Position numbers and translations under genes: made by a program
Notes under the pieces: model-generated
What the model was told of the DNA's origin: nothing
Seen by the model: only the letters and a program-made list of their open reading frames with translations
The model's database searches: none
Part shown: piece after piece, positions 1 to 13,329 of the stretch
Numbering within the stretch: position 1 is the stretch's first letter
Layout of the letters: every line of letters begins with the position of its first letter
From: Oscillospiraceae bacterium
GTDB lineage: Bacteria > Bacillota > Clostridia > Oscillospirales > Oscillospiraceae
Assembly: GCA_017465745.1 (NCBI GenBank)
Contig: JAFTVM010000005.1
Location: 20,628 to 84,627, forward strand
Direction of reading: 5' to 3'
Length of the DNA: 64,000 bases

Positions 1-393
1 CCGGGAAATGCCGGGCACCTCCGCCAGACGCAGAGGCTCCCGTTCCATGACCACCAGGGTCTCATCCCTGAAATGATCCACGATCCGGGCCGCCATTTTC
101 GGGCCGATGCCCTTGATGATCCGGCCGGACAGGTAGCTGAGGATCTCCATGCTGGTCTGGGGCATGAGCCGTTCCAGAAATTCCGCCTCGAACTGGCGGC
201 CGTAGCTGCTGTGATTGCTCCACTTGCCCGTGACCATCAGCCGCTCGCCCACGGCGGGCAGCGGGATCGTACCCACCACGGTGACCGACTGGCCGCCGCC
301 CACGCTCAGGCGCAGGACGGCATAGCCATTGTCATAATTCTGATAAACCACGGTGCCGATGACGCCCTGGATGATTTCAAGTTCCTGTTCCAT
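1..393 (-). CDS. recD2: ATP-dependent RecD-like DNA helicase (RecD2), N-terminal part, runs off the window edge
   Basis: Manual translation of the minus strand from ATG at 393: MEQELEIIQGVIGTVVYQNYDNGYAVLRL...GKWSNHSSYGRQFEAE...YLSGRIIKGIGPKMAARIVDHF. This is a typical RecD2 N-terminus with a helix-hairpin-helix GIG motif. Not in the ORF track. Confidence 0.85.
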   Translation of the reverse strand, partial: MEQELEIIQGVIGTVVYQNYDNGYAVLRLSVGGGQSVTVVGTIPLPAVGERLMVTGKWSNHSSYGRQFEAEFLERLMPQTSMEILSYLSGRIIKGIGPKMAARIVDHFRDETLVVMEREPLRLAEVPGISR

Positions 394-395
394 CT

Positions 396-677
396 TTAAT
401 CTCTCTCCCATATTTCCACATTCCGGCCCCACCGGGCCAGGAATACTCTGTCCTCTTCCGTCAGTCCCAGGTCGATGACGGCCAGCCGTCCGCGCAGCAG
501 GCCCAGCTCCCACTGGATCCGCCACCGAATAACAACGCCCCGGCCCGATGCACTGTCGCGCCAGCAGCAGACCATGACGCCGTCCCGTTCTCCGGGGAGC
601 AGGATCCCCGCCAGGAGCCACAGGGCACACAGAGCCCCAAAGGCCGCAAACGTTCCCAAAACCACCATTCCAGCCAC
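396..677 (-). CDS. Small hypothetical membrane protein
   Basis: 93-aa ORF with a hydrophobic N-terminus; GGAGG RBS upstream of the GTG start; stop codon abuts the recD2 start. Confidence 0.6.
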   Translation of the reverse strand: MAGMVVLGTFAAFGALCALWLLAGILLPGERDGVMVCCWRDSASGRGVVIRWRIQWELGLLRGRLAVIDLGLTEEDRVFLARWGRNVEIWERD

Positions 678-900
678 GCCGTCACCTCCGTTTATTCTTT
701 ATTATAATATGTAACGGCGGACAAATCGGTGATTTTCAATACCTTTTCATATTGTACAATAAACGGGGGAAAATGAAAAGAGGAAAGTCTGAAAGAAACC
801 GACATAACGCCCATTTCTTTTGTGGATCTGCACGAATCGACTCAGAAGTTTTACCAAAGATGAAGGGGTTATTTGATACTTATTGCCAACTAAAAACAGC

Positions 901-929
901 TTGCATAATTTGGCAGGGTATGGTAGACT
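901..929 (+). promoter_or_regulatory. Putative sigma-A promoter of the atp operon
   Basis: TTGCAT-17 nt-TAGACT with an extended TG, about 55 nt upstream of the first atp gene. Confidence 0.55.
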
Positions 930-982
930 AAGATTAGTTCAAAATGCGGTACTGCAACAAGAAAACACCGCCAGGAGGCTTC

Positions 983-1249
983 ATGAAATTCCTTTCGCTG
1001 ATCATGTGGGTGACCCAGTTCGGTGTCTCCCTGATTTTCCCCACCATCGTCTTTCTGTGGCTGGGTCACTGGCTCCAGACCGAACATGGTGTCGGCGGCT
1101 GGGTCATGGTCGTGTGCGGTGTCATCGGTTTTCTGACCAGTGTCAGTACTGCCAAGTCCTGCTGGCAGTCCATGATGAAGGCAGCCCAGGAAGCCAGCGG
1201 CCGGGACGAAAACGAACCGCCCCCCGTGGCCTTCAACGACCACAATTAA
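983..1249 (+). CDS. atpZ: AtpZ/AtpI-family (ATPase gene 1) membrane protein
   Basis: AGGAGG RBS; two TM segments (LWLGHWLQ...GWVMVVCGVIG); first gene of the atp operon. Confidence 0.75.
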   Translation: MKFLSLIMWVTQFGVSLIFPTIVFLWLGHWLQTEHGVGGWVMVVCGVIGFLTSVSTAKSCWQSMMKAAQEASGRDENEPPPVAFNDHN

Positions 1250-1278
1250 GCAAATACCCCGTAAAGGAAATGATCCCC

Positions 1279-1734
1279 ATGAGATTACAAGCCGCTTCCC
1301 GCAAGGAAGTATCCCGCATCGCCGTCGGCGTTCTGGTGTGCAATGTGGTCATGGTGGCCGCCCTGTTCCTGCTGAGTCAGTTGGGCGTGGGCAAATTTGA
1401 AGTTGGCAAGATCCTCATCGGCGCCGCCGTCGGCTCGGTGATCGCCATCGTCAATTTTATCATCCTGTGCCTGACGATCCAGAGTGCTCTGGGCATCGAG
1501 AACAAGCGCAGGATGAAGGCCCGGTTCCAGACCAGCTACAACATCCGGCTGCTGATCCAGGCAGCCTGGATCGTGGCCTGCTTCTTCCTCCGGGAGAAGA
1601 TCCACTTCTTCGCCGCCGCCGCCCCCGTGTTCTACCCCAACATCTGGCTGGTCTACCTCCAGCTGACGGGCAGGCTGAACACCGGCGCCCCCGCACCCGA
1701 AGCCTCCCCCGAGGCCGACGGATCCCAGCAGTAA
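1279..1734 (+). CDS. atpI: ATP synthase subunit I (c-ring assembly factor)
   Basis: Four-TM protein immediately before atpB; AAAGGA RBS before ATG 1279 (the track's start at 883 is over-extended). Confidence 0.75.
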   Translation: MRLQAASRKEVSRIAVGVLVCNVVMVAALFLLSQLGVGKFEVGKILIGAAVGSVIAIVNFIILCLTIQSALGIENKRRMKARFQTSYNIRLLIQAAWIVACFFLREKIHFFAAAAPVFYPNIWLVYLQLTGRLNTGAPAPEASPEADGSQQ

Positions 1735-1784
1735 CCCTTCAACCCGTAAGCAACCACCAACATCAAGCGAAGTGAGGTTTATCT

Positions 1785-2663
1785 ATGGATATTTCTATCA
1801 ATGGTGCAAGAGTCATTGCCGAAATCGAAAACGTCCCCCTGCTGGGAACCGTCCAGATCACCCAGACCCTGTTCACCGCCTATCTGGTCATGTTCATCAT
1901 TACAGCCCTGTGCATCTGGCTGGGTTCCGGCCTGAAGGTCAGCGGCATCTCCCGCAAGCAGGCTGTGGCCGAGATGGGCTATAACTTCATCGTCAATTTC
2001 GTCCGCGGCAATATGGGTCCCAACTTCGACCACTACATCCCTCTGGTGTGCACCATCTTCATCTCTTCCGTGGTTTCCAACCTGATCTCCCTGCTGGGCT
2101 TCTGGTCCCCCACCGCTGACCTGATGACGGAGCTTGCATGGGCCCTGGTTGTCTTCGTCCTGATCACCTACCACAAGATCACCTCTTCCGGTATCGTGGC
2201 ATACCTGAAGGGCTTCCTGGATCCCATCTTCGTGATGCTGCCCATCAACATCATGTCCGAGTGCTTCACCCCCATCTCCATGGCCTGCCGTCACTTCGGC
2301 AACATCCTGTCCGGCACCGTCATCTCCACTCTGATCTACGCCGCCCTGACCGCTGCCAACGCCGCCCTGTTCAATCTGCTGGGCTCCAGCCTGGTGGTGG
2401 CTGTCATCGTCACCGTCGTGGGCGCCGCCCTGATCTTCGTGGGTAAGAAGATCGGCAAGAAGCTCTACACTGTCCTGGGCATCATCGTCGCCATTCTGGG
2501 CGTCCTGGCAGTGCTCACCAACCTGGAAGTCACCTTCCCCTGGCTGACCATCGGTATCCCCGCCATCCCCAGCCTGTACTTCGACTGGTTCGGCGGCTGC
2601 ATCCAGGCATTCATCTTCTGCACCCTGACCACCCTCTTCATCAAACAGGCCGCCGACGGCTAA
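1785..2663 (+). CDS. atpB: F0 ATP synthase subunit a
   Basis: PTAD motif, PISMACRHFGNI (essential Arg) and IQAFIF motifs. Confidence 0.95.
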   Translation: MDISINGARVIAEIENVPLLGTVQITQTLFTAYLVMFIITALCIWLGSGLKVSGISRKQAVAEMGYNFIVNFVRGNMGPNFDHYIPLVCTIFISSVVSNLISLLGFWSPTADLMTELAWALVVFVLITYHKITSSGIVAYLKGFLDPIFVMLPINIMSECFTPISMACRHFGNILSGTVISTLIYAALTAANAALFNLLGSSLVVAVIVTVVGAALIFVGKKIGKKLYTVLGIIVAILGVLAVLTNLEVTFPWLTIGIPAIPSLYFDWFGGCIQAFIFCTLTTLFIKQAADG

Positions 2664-2704
2664 TGCCGCAGGCCATTTGAATAAACAAACGGAAATATTT
2701 TTAG

Positions 2705-2995
<291 letters not shown>

Positions 2996-3049
2996 CTTCC
3001 GGCAAAAAGTATCAACCAAGTAAGAAATTAACCGGAAGGAGGCAAATCA

Positions 3050-3547
3050 ATGGATGTCTATCAGTCCCTTGTGGCGGTTAACCCCGTAACTCTGATTGCT
3101 CAGATTTGCAACCTGTTTATCCAGTTGTTCCTCGTTAAGAAGTTCTTCCTGGATAAGATCAAGGCTGTTCTGGACGCACGCCGTGAGGCTGCCGACCAGG
3201 AGATCACCTCCGCCCAGGCCGCCAAGGCCGAGGCCATGGAGATCAAGGCAACCTATGAGAAGAACATGCAGGAAGCAAAGGCTCAGGCCAACGAGATCGT
3301 GGACCGCGCACATAAGACTGCCACTGCCCGCGGCGAGGAGATCATCCGCCAGGCCAATCAGGAAGCTGCCCAGCTGAAGGAAAAGGCAGCCGCTGACATC
3401 GCCATGGAAAAGAAGAAGGCTCTGAACGATGCCAAGGACGAGATCTCCGGCGTCGCCATGGCCATTGCCGAGAAAGTGGTTGAACGTCAGCTTGACAGCT
3501 CTGATCACGACAAGCTCATCAACCAGTTCATTGAGAAACTGGGGTGA
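3050..3547 (+). CDS. atpF: F0 ATP synthase subunit b
   Basis: N-terminal TM helix followed by an Ala/Glu/Lys coiled coil; operon position. Confidence 0.95.
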   Translation: MDVYQSLVAVNPVTLIAQICNLFIQLFLVKKFFLDKIKAVLDARREAADQEITSAQAAKAEAMEIKATYEKNMQEAKAQANEIVDRAHKTATARGEEIIRQANQEAAQLKEKAAADIAMEKKKALNDAKDEISGVAMAIAEKVVERQLDSSDHDKLINQFIEKLG

Positions 3548-3553
3548 TGCGCT

Positions 3554-4093
3554 ATGACTGAGATCGCCAACGTTTACGGCGGGGCTCTGTATGACCTCGC
3601 AAAGGACGAAAACCTGGTCGAACAGCTCCACAAAGAGTTGAGCACACTGGATCAGGCTTTTGCCCAGGAGCCTGGCTTTATCGGGCTCCTGTCCTCCGCC
3701 AACCTGCCCAAGCCCCAGCGCGTGCAGGTCATCGAGGACAGTTTCCGCAGCAATTTCCATCCCTATATTTTGAATTTCCTGAAAATTCTCACCGAGAAGG
3801 GATATATTCGGCACTTCTCCGGCTGTTGCAAAGTCTTCTTCGAGCGCTACAACACCGACAACGGCATCCTGCCCGTCACCGCTGTGACCGCAGTGCCCCT
3901 GTCCGATGCCCTGCGCCAGAAGCTGACCGACAAGCTTTCCACCGTTACCGGCAAGCGCATTGCGCTGACCTGCAAGGTGGATCCGGATTGCCTGGGCGGT
4001 GTTCGCCTGGACTATGACGGCAAGCGTCTGGATGACACTGTCTCCCACCGTCTGGACTCCGTCCGCGGCTTGCTGAAGAACACCGTACTCTGA
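3554..4093 (+). CDS. atpH: F1 ATP synthase subunit delta
   Basis: IANVYGGALY N-terminus and VDPDCLGGV C-terminal motif; operon position. Confidence 0.95.
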   Translation: MTEIANVYGGALYDLAKDENLVEQLHKELSTLDQAFAQEPGFIGLLSSANLPKPQRVQVIEDSFRSNFHPYILNFLKILTEKGYIRHFSGCCKVFFERYNTDNGILPVTAVTAVPLSDALRQKLTDKLSTVTGKRIALTCKVDPDCLGGVRLDYDGKRLDDTVSHRLDSVRGLLKNTVL

Positions 4094-4111
4094 TTAGAAA
4101 GCAGGTACAGT

Positions 4112-5617
<1,506 letters not shown>

Positions 5618-5632
5618 GGGAGGAGGTTACCC

Positions 5633-8320
<2,688 letters not shown>

Positions 8321-8326
8321 TCCAAC

Positions 8327-8358
8327 AAAAGCCTCCGGCCACAAGCCGGGGGCTTTTT
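8327..8358 (+). terminator. Rho-independent terminator of the atp operon
   Basis: AAAAGCCTCCGGC-CACAA-GCCGGGGGCTTTTT. Confidence 0.85.
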
Positions 8359-8472
8359 ACTGCCCTTTTTCGGAGGCGCAACCGCCGGTTGCTAAATTTT
8401 CAAGCCCGATTGGTGGACTTCTCACTGAAAAAATGATATCCTGAAGCCATCAAAAGCAAGGAGGTACACACC

Positions 8473-9162
8473 ATGAACCTCGGTGAAAACATCTACCGCC
8501 TGCGCATGCAGCGCAATATGTCACAGGGTGCCCTGGCGGATGCCCTGGAGATCTCCCGCCAGTCGGTGAGCAAATGGGAGAACAATTCCGCCACTCCGGA
8601 GCTGGACAAGCTCATCAAGATGAGCGAGCTCTTCAACGTGACTCTGGATGAACTGGTGGGTAAGGATGCCACCACTCCCCCGCCCCAGACAGATGCTTCC
8701 CAACCCGTCATTCAAAATCAGACGCCGCCCTACCGCACCATCGGCGTCATTCTGACCTGCTTCGGTTTGCTGACGACACTGCTGATGTCTTTTTTCAGCG
8801 GCTTCGCGATTGGCGTGATATTGGGCCTCCCCTTTACCATCGTCGGCTGTATCCTCATCTCCAGCACGGAAGGGCTGCTGTTCAAATGTGCCTGGGCGAT
8901 CTTCGCCGTCTATGCACCGCTGTCTTTCTATTTCATGCTAAACTATATCGGTTTCGGTATCTATATCCGTTGGGGCATCCTGGTTGTCTGGTTCGCCGCC
9001 CTGATCATTGCGAGCATCTGCATGCATCGTAAAAGCGGGCTGTCCGGCGATTCCAAAAAGCTTATGATCGGCTCCATCATCGTCTCTGTGATCCTGTTGA
9101 TCCTCCTGGGCATCGCCAATCAGGCCCTCTACCGTCACACCGGACTGTTTACCATCCCCTGA
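8473..9162 (+). CDS. XRE-family helix-turn-helix protein with C-terminal transmembrane helices
   Basis: SQGALADALEISRQSVSKWE HTH_3 motif followed by about five or six hydrophobic segments. Confidence 0.9.
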   Translation: MNLGENIYRLRMQRNMSQGALADALEISRQSVSKWENNSATPELDKLIKMSELFNVTLDELVGKDATTPPPQTDASQPVIQNQTPPYRTIGVILTCFGLLTTLLMSFFSGFAIGVILGLPFTIVGCILISSTEGLLFKCAWAIFAVYAPLSFYFMLNYIGFGIYIRWGILVVWFAALIIASICMHRKSGLSGDSKKLMIGSIIVSVILLILLGIANQALYRHTGLFTIP

Positions 9163-9198
9163 TCATTGATTATTTTCCATAAAAATATCATTTCCCTC

Positions 9199-9227
9199 TT
9201 GTAAAATCCTCCAATTTGGCGTATACT
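9199..9227 (+). promoter_or_regulatory. Putative sigma-A promoter of asnS
   Basis: TTGTAA-17 nt-TATACT. Confidence 0.55.
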
Positions 9228-9261
9228 AAACTATATTTTGCAAGCAAGAGAGGTTTGACTT

Positions 9262-10653
9262 ATGGAACTGATCACCATGCGCGAGCTGTTCAAGAACACC
9301 GCGAAATTCGCCGATCAGGAGATCGAGATCGGCGGCTGGGTGCGCAATCGCCGCCCCTCCAAGCAGTTCGGCTTTATCATGCTGAGCGACGGTACTTATT
9401 TCACCCCCATTCAGGTGGTTTACAATGATTCCCTGGAGAATTTCCAGGACATTTCCAAGATCAATATCGGCGCTGCCCTCATTGTCAAGGGTACCCTGGT
9501 CATGACCCCCGGCGCCAAGCAGCCCTTCGAGATCCAGGCCAAGACCATCACCGTGGAGGGTCCCTCCACCGGCGATTACCCCCTGCAGCCCAAGCGCCAC
9601 ACCATGGAGTTCCTGCGGACCATCACCCATCTGCGTCCCAGAACCAACATGTTCCAGGCCGTGTTCCGCGTCCGTTCCCTGGCTGCCATGGCTATCCACC
9701 AGTTCTTCCAGGACCGTGACTTCGTCTATGTCCACACCCCCCTGATCACCGGCTCCGACTGCGAGGGCGCCGGCGAGATGTTCCAGGTCACCACCCTGGA
9801 CCTGAACAATGTGCCCAAGAAGGAAGACGGCACCATCGACTTCAGCCAGGACTTCTTCGGCAAGCCCACCAATCTGACCGTCTCCGGCCAGCTCAACGGC
9901 GAAACCTTCGCCATGGCTTTCCGCAACATCTACACCTTCGGCCCCACCTTCCGCGCCGAGAATTCCAACACCACCCGCCATGCCGCCGAATTCTGGATGA
10001 TCGAGCCCGAAATGGCTTTCGCTGATCTGGACGACCTGCTGCGCGTGGAGGAGGATATGCTGAAGTACATCATTTCCTATGTTCTGGAGCACGCTCCCGA
10101 GGAAATGAATTTCTTCAATCAGTTTGTGGACAAGGGTCTGCTGGACCGTCTGAACAACATTCTGAACAACGACTTCGGCCGCATCACCTATACTGACGCC
10201 GTTGCTCTGCTGGAAAAGCACAACGACAAATTCGAGTACCCCGTCAGCTGGGGCTGCGATCTGCAGACCGAGCACGAGCGTTTCCTGACCGAGCAGATTT
10301 TCAAGAAGCCCGTCTTTGTCACCGACTACCCCAAGGAGATCAAGGCCTTCTATATGAAGCTCAACCCCGATGGCAAGACCGTCGCTGCTGTTGACTGCCT
10401 GGTTCCCGGTGTCGGCGAGATCACCGGCGGCAGCCAGCGTGAGGACAACTACGAGCTGCTGAAAGCCCGTATCGAGGAGCTGGGCATGAAGCCCGAGGAT
10501 TACGGCTTCTACATGGATCTGCGCAAGTACGGCTCCGCCCGCCACGCCGGCTTCGGCCTGGGCTTTGAGCGCTGCGTCATGTACCTGACCGGCGTCGGCA
10601 ACATCCGTGACTCCATCCCCTTCCCCAGAACCGTGGGTAACTGCGAGCTGTAA
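9262..10653 (+). CDS. asnS: Asparagine--tRNA ligase
   Basis: [31 protein letters not shown] and GFGLGFER class IIb motifs. Confidence 0.98.
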   Translation: MELITMRELFKNTAKFADQEIEIGGWVRNRRPSKQFGFIMLSDGTYFTPIQVVYNDSLENFQDISKINIGAALIVKGTLVMTPGAKQPFEIQAKTITVEGPSTGDYPLQPKRHTMEFLRTITHLRPRTNMFQAVFRVRSLAAMAIHQFFQDRDFVYVHTPLITGSDCEGAGEMFQVTTLDLNNVPKKEDGTIDFSQDFFGKPTNLTVSGQLNGETFAMAFRNIYTFGPTFRAENSNTTRHAAEFWMIEPEMAFADLDDLLRVEEDMLKYIISYVLEHAPEEMNFFNQFVDKGLLDRLNNILNNDFGRITYTDAVALLEKHNDKFEYPVSWGCDLQTEHERFLTEQIFKKPVFVTDYPKEIKAFYMKLNPDGKTVAAVDCLVPGVGEITGGSQREDNYELLKARIEELGMKPEDYGFYMDLRKYGSARHAGFGLGFERCVMYLTGVGNIRDSIPFPRTVGNCEL

Positions 10654-10666
10654 GAAAAGTAAAATC

Positions 10667-10698
10667 GGGACGCTGCATATGCAGCGTCCCTTTTGTTT
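10667..10698 (+). terminator. asnS terminator
   Basis: GGGACGCTGC-ATAT-GCAGCGTCCC-TTTTGTTT. Confidence 0.85.
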
Positions 10699-10716
10699 CC
10701 TGTGATTCAAAATGTG

Positions 10717-10742
10717 GGGGACGTGTGACCCGTCCCCTGTCA
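10717..10742. repeat. REP-like short palindrome
   Basis: GGGGACG-TGTGACC-CGTCCCC-TGTCA, an extra hairpin between two terminators. Confidence 0.4.
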
Positions 10743-10762
10743 TTGAAACTCCCATTATCGCC

Positions 10763-10795
10763 AAAAGTCCCGGAGCGGGTTTGCTCCGGGACTTT
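10763..10795 (-). terminator. Terminator of the M28 peptidase gene
   Basis: AAAAGTCCCGGAGC-N6-GCTCCGGGACTTT. Confidence 0.8.
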
Positions 10796-10800
10796 GCGTT

Positions 10801-12033
10801 TTACTTTCCGGCAGGACGCTTGCGGTTCATGTAGCCGTCCAGCTTGTCTTTCATGTTGTCGGGGATCTCCCGTGCCACGGGGCAGCGGGCAGCGTTGGCC
10901 ATGCGGTCGGTAAAAGCGATGATGAAATCGATATCCTTCGCCATCTGCTCGCCGCTCATGAGGGCGATGGTATCATAGCGCTCATGGATGGTGCCGCAGC
11001 CCTTGGGGGCGCAGCGGGCAAAGGTAATGGCGGGCACGCCGTGGTCAGCGAAGGGGGTGGAGTCGCTGGCGTAGACGTCCTGGCGGGTCTCGATGCCATA
11101 GCCGTACTCATTGGCCATGTAGGCAACGTAGTCGCAGAGCTTCTCCTCGGCAGTGGCCACAGCGGCGAACTTACCCATGATGGAGCCGATCATGTCCATG
11201 TTGACGCACAGGACGATCTTCTTCAGCTCCTCCTCATGGGTGTTGCAATACGCCTTGGAGCCCAGCAGCCCCCGCTCCTCACTGCCGCACCAGACGAACC
11301 GCAGGCCCCGCTTGTGGGGGTGGGCGGCAAAGTATTCGGCAATGCCCATCAGACCCACGGAGCCGGACATATTGTCGTAGGTGCCGCAGGACAGGGAGGT
11401 GGTGTCGTAGTGGGCGGTCAGGACGATGTATTCGTCGCTCTCGCCGGGCATATCCAGGATCACATTTCTGGAATCCACAGTGTATTCATCCTGACGCAGG
11501 GTGAGCCTGGCCGTCTTGGCGCAGCTTCTGACGATCTCCATGGCGTCCTTGACATTGATGTTGACGCCGGGCATGATGCGCTTGCCCTCGCGGATGAAGC
11601 AGCGCAGCTCCCGCTGGTCGATGTCCCGGTCGGGGCAGTTGCAGTTGCCGCTGTAGGTGATGAAGCCCACCGCACCGTACTCCACCAGATCGTGGTAGCG
11701 CCAGAAACCCATGAAGCCGTCGATCATAACGATCTTGCCCCGGCACTGCTCCAGAGAGTAGCGGTCGGTATTGGTCAGGTAGTAGAAGGGTGCCTCCACG
11801 GTGGAAGAGCCCGCGTTGCGGAAGCCCTTGCAGGGGTAGGAAACACCGTCCACCTCCAGCACAGCTTCGTGGATGTCCGCCATGTCCACGGGGAAAGGCA
11901 TGAGGCTTGCTTCCAGGCCCATGCCGGCCACCACGGACTGAATGTATTCCGCTGCCTTCAGTTCCTCGGCGGAGCCGCCGGTGTGGACATAGGCAGTGTC
12001 TTCAAAAATTTGCATGATCTTCTTCGGATCCAT
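10801..12033 (-). CDS. M28-family aminopeptidase with a PA-like insert
   Basis: AHYD, DNMSG, SEERGLLGS and NMDMIG motifs plus the C-terminal His metal ligand. Confidence 0.88.
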   Translation of the reverse strand: MDPKKIMQIFEDTAYVHTGGSAEELKAAEYIQSVVAGMGLEASLMPFPVDMADIHEAVLEVDGVSYPCKGFRNAGSSTVEAPFYYLTNTDRYSLEQCRGKIVMIDGFMGFWRYHDLVEYGAVGFITYSGNCNCPDRDIDQRELRCFIREGKRIMPGVNINVKDAMEIVRSCAKTARLTLRQDEYTVDSRNVILDMPGESDEYIVLTAHYDTTSLSCGTYDNMSGSVGLMGIAEYFAAHPHKRGLRFVWCGSEERGLLGSKAYCNTHEEELKKIVLCVNMDMIGSIMGKFAAVATAEEKLCDYVAYMANEYGYGIETRQDVYASDSTPFADHGVPAITFARCAPKGCGTIHERYDTIALMSGEQMAKDIDFIIAFTDRMANAARCPVAREIPDNMKDKLDGYMNRKRPAGK

Positions 12034-12115
12034 AAGATAACCTCCGATATGTATTACTGTATCCTATGGTACAACAATTTGTCGAATTTTTCAACCCTGA
12101 AAAATTCCCAGTGAT

Positions 12116-13318
12116 TTACAAGAGCGCCGCCAGGTCGGGGAACGGGGCAACGGTACGCTTCAGGATACCATTGAGGTAGGCGATGAGGATGCCGTAATTG
12201 GTGACCGGGATCCCCTGGTCGGCGCAGCAGGCCAGGCGGTACTTCATCTCCCGCTCCGGCAGCATGCAGCCGCCGCAGTGGATCACCATTTTGAACTGGC
12301 TGACGTCCTCCGGGAACTGATTGCCGGAGGTGAAAACGAATTCGGGGTTTACGCCGGTGTGCTTGCGGACCCAGTTTGGAATTTTGACCGTCCCGATATC
12401 GTCGCACTGGCGGTGATGGGTGCAGCCCTCGGCGATAAGCACCTTGTCCCCATCTTTCAGCGACTCAACCGCCGCCGCGCCGGCTACAGCCAGGTGCAGG
12501 TCGCCCTTGTATCGGGCCATCAGGATGGAGAAGGAGGTCAGGGGCACATCGGAAGGTACCATCCGGCTGACCTTGCCGAAGACCTGGGAGTCCGTGATGA
12601 CGATCCGGGGCGGCTGGGCAAGGCGGGCCAGGGTCTGGGGCAGCTCGTGATCCCGGCAGACCAGAGCGGAAGCGCCCGCTTCCAGGATGTCCCGGATGGT
12701 CTGCTGCTGGGGCAGGATCAGCCGGCCCTTGGGGGCCGCCTTGTCGATGGGCACCACCAGCACCGCCACCTCGCCGGGCTGGAGCAGGTCGGACACCAGG
12801 GGACGCTTCGGCTCCTCCCGGTGGGCGGCCCTGGCGGCCAGCTCCTTCAGCTCATGGATGTGCAGCCCCGTCAGGGCACTGACCCAGATGGCGTTGCCGG
12901 ACGCTGCAGGCGTCTGTGCCAGCAGATCGGACTTGTTCCAGGCCAGGATCCATGGAACTTTTTTCTGCTCCAGCAGCCCCACCAGTTCCGTCTCCACCGC
13001 CGTCATTCCGCTGGTGGCGTCCACCACCAGGATGGCAAGGTCGGTTTTGTTCAGCACCTGGCGGGTACGGCGGACCCGCAGGGCGCCCAGCTCGCCCTCA
13101 TCGTCGATACCGGGGGTATCGATGATCATCACAGGACCCAGGGGCAGCAGCTCCATGGCCTTGGACACAGGGTCGGTGGTGGTTCCCTTCACATCGGATA
13201 CGATGGCCATTTCCTGGCCCGTGAAGGCGTTGACCAGGCTGGATTTACCGGCATTGCGGCGGCCGAAAAAGGCAATATGAACCCGCTCGCCGGCAGGGGT
13301 CTGATTCATTCCGCTCAT
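12116..13318 (-). CDS. hydF: [FeFe]-hydrogenase H-cluster maturation GTPase HydF
   Basis: GRRNAGKSS, DTPG and NKSD GTPase motifs; EGCTHH and HCGGC Fe-S ligands. Confidence 0.97.
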   Translation of the reverse strand: MSGMNQTPAGERVHIAFFGRRNAGKSSLVNAFTGQEMAIVSDVKGTTTDPVSKAMELLPLGPVMIIDTPGIDDEGELGALRVRRTRQVLNKTDLAILVVDATSGMTAVETELVGLLEQKKVPWILAWNKSDLLAQTPAASGNAIWVSALTGLHIHELKELAARAAHREEPKRPLVSDLLQPGEVAVLVVPIDKAAPKGRLILPQQQTIRDILEAGASALVCRDHELPQTLARLAQPPRIVITDSQVFGKVSRMVPSDVPLTSFSILMARYKGDLHLAVAGAAAVESLKDGDKVLIAEGCTHHRQCDDIGTVKIPNWVRKHTGVNPEFVFTSGNQFPEDVSQFKMVIHCGGCMLPEREMKYRLACCADQGIPVTNYGILIAYLNGILKRTVAPFPDLAALL

Positions 13319-13329
13319 CGTGTATCTCC

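Noticed and set aside
73-399. 108-aa plus-strand ORF
   Set aside because: It is the antisense shadow of recD2.
703-730. Sigma-K-like promoter (AC-17-CATATTAT) for the gene upstream of recD2
   Set aside because: The consensus has too little information to support a call by eye.
818-838. Rex or CRP-like operator (TTGTGgatctgCACGA) upstream of the atp operon
   Set aside because: The spacing does not fit Rex (TTGTG-N8-CACAA) and the half-sites are imperfect.
930-982. Na+-sensing riboswitch ahead of the Na+-type atp operon
   Set aside because: The leader is short and has no terminator or recognisable conserved aptamer.
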